NCBI GenBank assembly: GCA_010356995.1
Contig: ML996692.1
Location: 259,933 to 323,932, forward strand
DNA from: Trichodelitschia bisporula
Taxonomy: Eukaryota
Direction: 5' to 3'
Length of the DNA stretch: 64,000 nt
Positions within the stretch are counted from its first letter, which is position 1. Each line of letters begins with the position of its first letter. A model generated the notes under the pieces. The model made no database searches. It was given only the letters and a program-made list of their open reading frames with translations, and was not told where the DNA came from. Positions 24,671 through 34,671 of this stretch are shown piece by piece. The position numbers were made by a program, and so were the translations under genes.

Positions 24671-25134
24671 TCACGAACGCATGACATCCTCCATGTCCAG
24701 AAAGACAAGAACGAGATATCCGGTGCCAAAAAAGCGAAACTCGACGACTTTAGGATAGTGCCTCGCCACCTCCCAACAATCTCCATTCTCCACTCGTTCC
24801 GGGTTTGTGTTGTAGTTGAGCTTGTCATTGAAAGCGCGTCGGCGTGGCCGCCACGGCTCGTCGAGGGGAAAGGCATCCCCAAATTTGGGGAACGAAAGGA
24901 CTGGACAGCCACCCACTTTCAAAGTGCCGATGCGGTTAAGTCCATCGGGAATGAGCCACATTGTCTGGCCAGCCGGGTCGTGGTAGACTGCTACTTCATC
25001 GATATCGCCCAAGGCGAAAGAACGGTGAGGGTTGAAAAGGCGCTTGAATGGTTTGTTTCTTGAGAAGAATTTCTTGGCTTGAGCCTTGCAGTTGGCCCTG
25101 TGCTTCTCCTCCCAGGTGGTGGTTTTTTTTTGAT
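24671..25134 (-). other. Possible exon of an orphan gene or pseudogene
   Basis: Branch TCTAAC and CAG acceptor near 25135, then ~150 open codons (TTTWEEKHRANCK...DIDEVAVYHDP...); no recognisable domain. Confidence 0.3.
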
Positions 25135-25816
25135 CTGGTGATTAAGTTAGAGTTCCTGGCGCTGAGCTGCGCAAAGCTGCCTTACGGGGGATAACCACCC
25201 AGGGACAGTGCTGGGACTCAGGAGAGTGCGAGAGGGCAGCTGATTTGAAGGACTGCATTGCCCGATGGTGGATTAACCGCTGTGACAGTGCAGGAGAGCC
25301 CTCCCCTTCGGCTCCCGGCGGCTGGCCTCTTCGTCAGTAGAAGGTACCAGGAGACGTTAGACCCGTTCTACCGGAAGGCGAGCCGCGAAAGCAATGGATT
25401 GACCGGGCATTAGTAATGGAAAGGTAACGTTATGAAGGCAAGTGATGGTGAGTTGGTGATTGATATGCAGAATACTCGAACAATGGGCAGCGAAGTGTGC
25501 TCTCGTCTCAACTTTGTATCGAGAGGGTGTGATCTCAGGACGATACGAAGTTAGGTGCAGTCCAACGTCAGTGTGGAAGGGGGACTCCAATACCTCTCGT
25601 CCCTACCCTGGGCGTCCAGAGGATGGTGCAACCAGCTTCAAGTCTCGTCGATCCTGGCGCAAAGGGTGCCAACACCATGGAAACCAATAAGCAGATCAAC
25701 CTGCCCGGTATCCATTCGTCTACCGACTCCGCCCAAAACAGCCCAAACATGAGGTGAAACAGAAGATCCATGCGGAGGATATCACCTACTCAACAGTAGC
25801 CATAAAGTAAAAACAC

Positions 25817-27076
25817 CTATGCCCTTTCCACCTCAATCTGCGCCCGCAAATCCTGAAGCACCCGCTCTCGCTCCCGCAAATGACCCTCCAACCCCTCAAC
25901 CTGCTCCCTCACAACCTCAATATCCGCCTTGAGCCCCTCCAGACCCCCCGTCTTTCCACCACTCCCCTCCTCCAGCCCCCTCAACTCCTTCTTCTTCCAC
26001 TCAAGCAACATCTCCAACTCGCGCTTCACAAGCGCCGGCCCCCCATCCCGCCTCCCCTTCCGCCTCCCCTCCACCGCCTTCTCCGACCTCGCAATCTTAT
26101 CCTCCAAATCCTTCAATTGCCGCTTTAGCCGCACACCCTCCCACTCCCCATCAGCAGGCGTGCCGCTGAAATCCGTGCCCCGGGCCCCAACGCCCCCAGA
26201 CCGATCCCCCACGCCCAGCCGCGAGAGATACGCATCTCCAAACCGGCCCTTCCGGCTCGTCGCATTGTCAGCGTCCTTATCCACCGCCCACCGCCTGCCG
26301 GGCTGCACCTTATCCACATCGTACTCAATGCGCCCCTGCTCGAAGCTGGACCTCAACGACGCAGGCACCGTGCGCGGAAGCCGGAACCCGTCCTGCCGCT
26401 GGGAGAGCAGGTGCAGGAACGCACACGCCGCGTCCTTATTTACCGCCTCCGCCTTCCCCGCAACGAGCGTCCACGCGACCCGGATTTCGCTGTCCGGCAC
26501 GTCGAGTTCAGCGTATAAGTCGTGCAGCGCGTCGAACGCGAGATCGCCGTGCGGCATCCGGTGCGCGGTGTAGATGGCTTCGTATTTAGAGCGGTTCGAC
26601 GGCGACATGTACCAGTCGAACCCGGACTTGAGCCCCGAGGACTCGTCCGGCGAGGCGGGACGCTCGAAGGCGGGTGCGTTGCCGGAGAGCGCATTGGTGG
26701 CTGTTATGAGGTGGGCTTTTGAGGCGGGGACGAGCCAGTCGGGGAGGGTCTGCGGGACGTCGGCGTATTCCTGACAAGATGATCAGCCTCGTTCACACTT
26801 TGCTGGCATACCCAGGGCGGGATGAAGACAACGCACCCCATTCACCAAGTCAAAGATAAGCCGCATCGCAACGCAGAACTCTTCAAAATCGAGGCTGCCA
26901 TCGCCGTCCACGTCCGCGAGGTCCCACACGCGCTCGAGCTGCGAGTCGCGAAGTTGGCTGTTCTTGAGGATGGGGGCGGCTTGGGCGCCGGAGAGGTGCG
27001 TGCCGCCGCCGGTGAGGGAGGAGAAGATTTCCCAGTACTTTTCGATCTCGGCTTGTTCTATGCGCTTGGAAGACAT
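25817..27076 (-). CDS. END3: Actin cytoskeleton-regulatory complex protein End3 (EH domains)
   Basis: [62 protein letters not shown]; intron 26836-26771; C-terminal coiled coil. Confidence 0.95.
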
Positions 27077-27363
27077 GGTGGTGGTGGTTGTTGCTGGGGA
27101 TGAGGGGTGAGCCGCTGAGGTTGGAGATGATGGGAGGTTGAGGTGTGGCTTGGGTGGTCTGTGCGTTTAGGTGGGCTGGTTGCCCGATTGGGAAGGGGGA
27201 CCTTGGAGATGGTCGAGATTCGAAAACTTGAAACTGAACTTTGTACCTTACAAATGTGAGAACTCCCAACTATCTAACAATTCTATGCCAATATACACCC
27301 GAACCTCTTGTACAATGCTCCATTCCTAAACCAATGATGCCCTCGCCGCAAGTCAACGCCGCC

Positions 27364-28958
27364 TCACAGCTTGACATCGCCCAATACCTCCGTCTCCCGG
27401 ACCTCATCGTTCCGCCCGCCCGTCTCCTCCCCAATGCTCATCCGTCTATCCTCACTCGTAACTTCCATGTCCACAGGCAGCCACCCTCTCACTCCACCCT
27501 CTGGATTCAAAATCCTCCAGTCACCACCCTTCTTCCCCTCCCCCCCACCATCCAACGGCTCCTCGCCCTCAAGGGGACTATACCCCGCAACCACCGTCCC
27601 ATTCTCCCTCAAAACCTGCAAGATAGCCCTAACATTCAACCTTAAGTACCGCTCCGGCTCCGTCGCTTTGAGCACCCTCCCCGTAATCCAAGGAAACAAA
27701 ATTCCAAAATCGCTTTGACTGAGATGCGCACTCGCCTCAGGATAGAAAATATACGGCCCCCTTCGCTCCTGCTCCACCTTCTCATCATCATCGCTGACTG
27801 CCGTCCTCGGCGCCAGCACCACCTTCGTATCATTCAGATTCCCATGCCACCGCCAAAACGCCTCGCTCAGCACGCTGAGCACCGCCTTCCCGCCCGCACC
27901 CCCGGGCTCGTACGCCGGGAGCTGCTTTTCGAAGAATTGTTCAGCGGAGGGACTGGTCAGCGGCAGCGCCCACATATCGAGCAGCGCCAGAACCGAGCTC
28001 TTCGTAATCTGGCGCACAATACCCGCGTCCCTTGCGGGGATAAACGGGCCCCCCATCTCCTCCCCCCCATAATAAGCACTCTTAACCACCGTCACCACCG
28101 TCGCCGCCCCAAACGAATGCCCCGCCCAAGCCACCCGTCCAGGCCGCAAATCCAACCTCCCCACAAAGCTCCCCAGCACATCCTCCTCCACCCCGCCCAC
28201 CCCAAGATTCGGATCCAAATTCCGCATCTCCGCCCCCTCGCCAATCTTCTCCAACGCTGCGTACAGTACGCCGATTTCCCACCCCCGAATCCGCACCTGC
28301 GCGTCCCGCGCCGCGTACACCTCCGCCGTCGGCTTATGCGGGTGAATCTGATACGACACACTCGTCGACGCGCCCCCATCCGGCGCACGCACGAACGCCA
28401 TCGGCGCAGACCCATCCCTGTGCTCAGGCGCCACGACGATAATCCCATGCGAGGCGAGCTCGCCCAGCAGCGCGGAGTACGCATTCCGGCTCCCGGCCAG
28501 GCCGTGTGAGAAGACGAGGACGGGCCATGCGGGGCCCGGGGGGTGGAGGAGGGGGGCGTTGCGGCGGGCGGGGATGGTGGTGTAGTAGAGGACGTTGGGG
28601 GCGAGGCTGGAGGAGGGGGNNNNNNNNNNNNNNNNNNNNNNNNNNNNNNNNNNNNNNNNTACGATACTGCGGTGCTGAGCAGGCTCCCTGCCCCGAGGAA
28701 GCGCGCGTACGCGGCGAAGTGCGCTTTTTGCGGTGAGGGGAGCCAGCGGATTGGGCGCGAGGGGCCGGATCCGGCAGCGGGGTAGAAGAGGCGGAAGGCG
28801 ATTGTGGCAGGCGCGTTGGGCGGGGGGGATCCAGGGGATGGGAGGTCCGCGGCGCTGAGTTCGACGTCGCAGCTGCCTACGGGGTAGGGGCCTGAGTACG
28901 GCGGGAGGGAGGGGACGAGGCGGGAGGGGACGAGGCGGGAGGGCGAGAACCAGGACAT
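27364..28958 (-). CDS. Platelet-activating factor acetylhydrolase-like alpha/beta hydrolase (spans an assembly gap)
   Basis: LPPYSGPYPVGS, FRLFYP, VFSHGLAGSRNAYS, APEHRDGSAP, nucleophile GHSFG and AHLSQSDF. Confidence 0.9.
28620..28659. other. Assembly gap (N run)
   Basis: Run of n characters. Confidence 1.
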
Positions 28959-29756
28959 TTTTTTTGCAATTGAAGCCGGATGAAGATATGCGAGGGTATC
29001 GGGATGAGTTTCGCTCGCAGGAAGATTTTGAAAAGACGGTGTAAGTTGAGGGAAAGGCGCGGAAGATGTGGTCGTGTCAGGCCAGGTTGGACGTGTTGAA
29101 ATGACCTCACAATCAAAGAAAGTTTGGCGTAAGCGAGTGACAAGGCGCAGATGGTGGCGCGTATGTGGCGCCACGCCACGCGTGACCCCGGCTAGGCTGA
29201 GGGCAACACCATGACGTCAGGAATCATCAACTGCGCTGGCAGAAGAAGGTAACTGGTGCATAAGACAAATTGCCAAAACGGGCAGGCCCGCCGCTCGCCT
29301 TGTCGAATTCGGAATCATGTCCCGTGCTCAAGCTATCCTTGACAACGATTGGCGAGCCGCGCATCGGAGCGTGCGGTGATGCAGGGTATGCGCGTCTCTT
29401 CGATGCGCACTGCATACCGTGTAACGTTACAAAGACTACATCCATAAGTTGCTTGCATCCGTAGAAGTGGAAAAGCATTGAGCAACAATGGTTGAGACTG
29501 ATCTCCTCGGGCAGGTCCAGACTCACTTTTGAGAGTAATGCATTATCTCGCTCACTATGTCTCCCACTGCAATACCACCGCCGTTGACCACCCTCACAAC
29601 CGTAAGGCTAACCTCTCAACTATGGGCAGCCGCTTCACACTCTGCAAAATTGCCTTCACGGTCCCAAAATCAATGGCACATATAACGGCTTCATCTATCT
29701 GCCGATAATAGCTCCCCACGCTTGCCTTCTACTCCAAAGATCCAAAGAACATCTTT

Positions 29757-29830
29757 CGAGTAGACCGCAAAGAAGATCTTACGAGTAGACCGCAAAGAAA
29801 ATATTTCGAGCAGACCGCAAAAATGACGAG
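29757..29830. repeat. Three tandem ~25-bp units (CGAGTAGACCGCAAAGAA...)
   Basis: Direct repeats immediately before the ATG at 29823. Confidence 0.85.
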
Positions 29831-30369
29831 CTTTGAAAATATCCACGCGCTCGGCTGGAAGGCCGATTGGGAGACAAAAAAAGAAGGCGTGGGTATCGAT
29901 CGCGAAGTCGCAGGGTCGCCAGCGGGCAAATTCCTGGCTCGCCCGGTTCGAAAAAAGCCAGCTCAAGAGCTAGAGCTTCTGGAGAGTAGATGGCGCGACG
30001 AGCTTCGCGCCATCGAAGGCGCTCTGCGCCACCTAGACGACCAGAGGATGATGATGCTCAAGCGCCGGGAGGAGCTCGAGCTCCTGCGCACTCCGGTTTG
30101 GGCTAAGCTTCGGTACCGCAGCGAGTACCGTGAGAACCATGAGCAGCTGCGCGAGAACGATGAGCAGAGGATGGTGAGTCTGGCGCGTCAGCTTGAGCTT
30201 AGGACTACTGCGTACGCGCTTGGCCAGAATTCGGGAGAGAAAGGACGTCGTTGGCGACCTCATCAGGGCTCAGCAGTTGGACGACGCTCTCATGGATGAG
30301 CTCTTTGACGATGCTCTCAAGGCTGAGTTGGGCGAGGACCATGTTTTCGGGTGTTCCTCTCCGCTTTGA
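29823..30369 (+). pseudogene. Frameshifted coiled-coil repeat protein
   Basis: Two internal repeats, DDQRMMMLKRREELELLRT and DEQRMVSLARQLEL/LLRT; the second needs a 1-nt shift near 30213. Confidence 0.5.
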
Positions 30370-31149
30370 CAGTGATGCCGTTCTCTCGGTAAGTAAACTT
30401 GATATTTCAATTGGAAAATGGCTTCTTCTACAGACCAGAATACATGTACGTGATAACGGCCAAGGTGCCACTCGAAAACTTTCCCTGCCCCCGATGGGAT
30501 ACTTGTTTGCGCGAAGTTTGCAGCGAGGTGATCTAGATGTTTTTCCAAGTTACTGGAGCGGGGGAGAGGGTGGTATCAAGACATCGTGATCGTGCTCAAA
30601 ACTGACTTGTCCGAACTGGTTGCAATGACTGACTACGGATCGAAGGACAAGCCGGTATTAATACACACTACTAAGCCCAAACAAATGGCCAGGTAGATTC
30701 CGATTGAAATCGACCGTCACTTCCTGCAAACTAATGCCTTCCGAACGATAATTCACGCCTACGCCAACAGGTTCCAGGCACTGGCACGGCCCCACTCAGT
30801 AGAGCAGTGCCCGCCCGACCGAAGGCAGCCGCCACGCTATCCACACAGAACAGAGAGACACTCCTCGCCCTCATCACCTTTGCGAGCACCCCCCCAGCCC
30901 GCTCTATCTACCCATTCTGTTCGGGAGAGTAGGGCGCGGATTTCGGAACGTGGATTTCCTTGCGAAGGCCCGGTGAGCCATACGCCGCCCCCGGTGCAGT
31001 TTCTTGGTCGTGATGGAGTCGAGAGACCTTGTGACCTAGATCTAGCCTTCCGCGAGCTCGGCATTCCCCTGATTAAGGGGATCCAGCTTGGGAATATCTT
31101 CGTCGCTATTGGATGTTGTATTTCCGTCGCTATCGGGTGTTGAGGGCTC

Positions 31150-31520
31150 GAAAAGCGAGTGCCGAAGGAGTCGACCATCCGCGATGCCCTGCTCTTTCAG
31201 GATGCGCTTGATCTCTGCTCTGCCACAGGTGCGAAGCCTCCCTCCCATCAGACCTGGTACGGGCAGCCAGCTCCAGTGGGTCACGTAGCCTCCTAAGCAA
31301 AATTGCGACCAGCCCGCCAGTGCTGGTGCCATATATTGCGTCAAATTATACAGCTGGAATTAGGGCTTCTCCACTGAACACCTGTCTTTCATCTGGATGT
31401 TTATCCAGCTCAATGCGGTTCTCCTCCCTGGCAACCTCATCCATATGCTCCTTGAAGAGCAGGAGGCCTGGCGAAGCCCCGGATCCCCCCTGGTCCAATG
31501 TCAAGATGGACGGAGTCCAT
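31150..31520 (-). pseudogene. Patatin-like phospholipase relic
   Basis: ILTLDQGGSGASPGLLLFKEHM (degenerate DGGG box)...LIPAV*FDAIYGTSTGGLVAILLRRL; in-frame TAA at 31348-31346. Confidence 0.8.
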
Positions 31521-32439
31521 TGCCCCGTGCGGTCTGTAGAATCGGGGGTTGATTCAATGGCTCCCCACCACCATGCTTCCGTCGGTATTTCAAGTGCCAT
31601 GAGGTGGCTATTGGTCCAATTGGAAGTGGAAACCATGAACTTTGGGTCTTTGACTTTCCCCGAGATCTCGTCGGGCGCCATCGTTGACCGGTGCTGAGAG
31701 TGCTGGTTTGCACGGGGCGAAGGTAGAGTGAGGCGTTGGTCGTGGTCTCGGAGAATGCTGGTTTGTGCGGGGCGAGGGTAAAGGTGTTGTTGAGAGTAAA
31801 GAAAAAGCGGACTAGTAGAGTGGCGTTGAGTTGTCGTGGGCGGTGTGCGGCGGTGGCGGTGGGCTCGGAGTTAGTAGAAGGCAAGCTCGGAGGAGGGTGA
31901 AGGGAGCTATTCAGACCATTGCTTGGATCTGGCGGGGAGTCACTAGCCGCCTTCTTCTTCTGGGCCCGATAGCCTTGCCATATGCGTCATCCATGTGCTT
32001 CTCGAGCAGCCATTGGGAGGCCCATTGCCCTTCGAAGTGGCGATGGAGCCACGGGGACTGGGTGTGCAGACGGGAGAGCATACGCTCTATCTTATCATCT
32101 CGCACGCTGCTCCACCTCTTTTTAACCCTCGGGCGCCGCTTTCCCTGCGCTTCCAAAATAACAGAACGCATAGCCCATCGGACCTTAGATGCCAGCAAGC
32201 CTAGCTTCGGCTTACTGTTGTCGAAATCCCAGGTGCTGCCAAAGCTTCCAGATTTTGGTCTGATGAGGTAGACAAGGTGTGTGCATGTCTGGGCTGCTGC
32301 TTGCCGTCACTCACCCCGGGCTAGCGGGGTGATTGAGAGCGAAGAAGACGTAACCCATGCATGCCAGAACGCAGCAACACAAAGAGAACACGAGACGAGA
32401 CTGACACACAGTGCCTTACTGCCGCAGGCGGGTGTAGGT

Positions 32440-32660
32440 TGACAATACGATTGTACGCCTGTGACGGTCTCGAGGCTCAACTGGCCATTGGCGAAAAAAA
32501 GCCCAGTGCGTCGATGCAAGGGATAAAGTGGCATCCAACAACTGCCGATGTGACAACTGAGCTTGTCGATACCAGCGGTACAGAGAGTTGAAGGAGTACC
32601 CAAGCTCAGCTGAACTTTCCTTGTTTATGCGACAGCAGTCGATCCATATCCTGCCGTGGC
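32440..32660 (-). pseudogene. HET-domain relic
   Basis: WIDCCRINKESSAELGYSFNSLYRWYRQAQL resembles the HET core WIDTCCIDKSSSAELSEAINSMYRWY. Confidence 0.75.
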
Positions 32661-33400
32661 ATGAGATACGCGTCGGTGAACGTACTCTCGGATGGGAGAT
32701 CATTGGACTGTAAGGTCCATTGCTGGATGAATTCGAAAGGGTGCGTAGATTGAGCTGAACGGGCTAAGACAATCCAGAACCCAAAGTACTCCGTCAATCC
32801 ATCCAGGTATTGCGCCAGTCACGGCTCGCGGCAATGTGCCAAGCGCTTGAAGGGTAAACGCGAGCACTCGGGCCACGGCGGTAAGATCAAGTCGGTGGTC
32901 TCTGAGCTCTGGAAATCTTGACATGTTAGTAGAAACCAACATGAGCTTGGAGGGAAGGCTTACAATGCTGATGACTGAAGACGTCCACTTCTGAGTAGAC
33001 CGTTCCAGATGCCGAATAATACAGTGGATGCAACATGGACCGTTTGGACCCGAATCGGACTTGAAGCAGACATGTTATTAAGTGGATGCCAACCGAAGTG
33101 CCACCCCGTGGACTGAGGATAGCGCAAAGAAAGGAAGTGACAGAAGCGGTGCGCGTTTAGCAACTTGTTGCTTGTGGTTCCAGGCTTGAACCGGCATGTT
33201 GCTGGTGGTTCCAGGCTTCAAACCGATCTTGGTGGAGAGGGATGAGTGATGTGATTGAGAGCTGAGGCAATGTTTTCTTTGAGAAGAGGGACTATCCACC
33301 CGACAGTGTAGCGGAAGTAGGGAAACCTTGGAGGAGAGGCAGACGTGGCTTCCGCTCGGGTGTTGAGGCCTACTAGGAGGATGAATGTGGTAGAGACTCG

Positions 33401-33464
33401 GAACCGTCAGCTTGCGATCATTCGAGAGATATGAACCGTCAGCTTGCGATCATTCGAGAGATAT
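33401..33464. repeat. Perfect 32-bp tandem duplication, followed by a degenerate GATTGAGAGGT-like array (33484-33565)
   Basis: GAACCGTCAGCTTGCGATCATTCGAGAGATAT occurs twice. Confidence 0.95.
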
Positions 33465-34215
33465 ATACCGTACCATACGTTTATTGAGAGGTGATCGAGA
33501 GATGATTGAGAAGTGATTGAGAGGTGGTGATTGAGAGGTGACTTGAGAGGTAATTTGAGAGGTGACGGGTAGAGAAGACGGCGGGAGATAGAGGTTAAAA
33601 GGACGTGGCATACGAGGTTCTGTCTCAAGAAGAAGGAACAAGTTGACCATGCGGACCTTCACTTCCTACAAGTCATCCGGAAGGAGCAAGCCTGTGAACT
33701 GTGAACCCTTTGGAAAACAACCGATGAGGCCGTCATGACCGACGGGCTGGCACTTACGAATCTGTTCCAACATGAGGAGCCTCCACAGGACGTATGGGTT
33801 TACCATCATTGAGTACCGTCTCAATGTCTTTTTGATCTGAAGTTCAAATGGAGGGCATTGCCTCCGATCTGCGGCTCTCTGATTTCATCGAGCGTGGCCA
33901 TGTTGGTATCTTAGTTCTAGGAGGCGTTGTAAGGGCCCGTTAGGGCTTTGTCCATCGCCGTTTTATGCCCATATCAAGTCCAAGGTTTGTCCGCTTCTCT
34001 GCGATGCTGATGAGATGTCAAGTCGAAGTTGAGCAATGCTCATTAATTAAGCAAGCGCAGATCATCGCCAACGTGACGTGCATGCCTGTCGCGCCGGCTA
34101 TTCAAGTTGGTGACGGTCGCACAGGGATGGTGTAGCCCCGAACCTCTCATTCCCTCCGCATCTTCATCACGTCACTCAGCCTTCAGCAAACAACCGCCCA
34201 AACAATCACCAAAAC

Positions 34216-34308
34216 ATGTTCCTCATGATCACAGGCTTCGTGCTTTGTATCCTCCTCGTCAAAGTGATGTCCCTCGGCTGCATCGCTCTCTACATGCTCG
34301 ACTCCTGA
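34216..34308 (+). CDS. Candidate 30-aa hydrophobic uORF or micropeptide
   Basis: MFLMITGFVLCILLVKVMSLGCIALYMLDS*; CAAAACATG context; mostly C-ending codons. Confidence 0.5.
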   Translation: MFLMITGFVLCILLVKVMSLGCIALYMLDS

Positions 34309-34671
34309 GATGTGAACCCACCGCATGAGGTCGGCATGAACGTGAGTTCACCCTCCCCCCCCCCCCCCCCCTCACACTAGCACAACGCACCCAAGCATCG
34401 ATGGCGACATCCGAGCCCAAATCCCACCCGATGTCCAATGCAAGCGTTGCTTATTATCGCACCCCGCTCCAATAGCCGACTAAAGAGACGCAGGTCGGCG
34501 GCCATTTAGCCGCGAGCACATCATTCGAGAAAAAGCAACCACCACGACGGCCCAGCACGCTTATGTACCTCTGGACGTCGTGGTTTGGACGTCACTCCAT
34601 CGACTCTTCCACCACCACCACTTTATTGACAAACGACACCACCGTCGCGAAACGGCGACACGATATACGCG

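Noticed and set aside
28092..29174. Apparent frameshift in the PAF-acetylhydrolase
   Set aside because: The frame change coincides with the N gap, whose length is arbitrary.
29757..33565. CRISPR-like array from the short direct repeats
   Set aside because: Eukaryotic DNA; the repeats are adjacent with no unique spacers and there are no cas genes.
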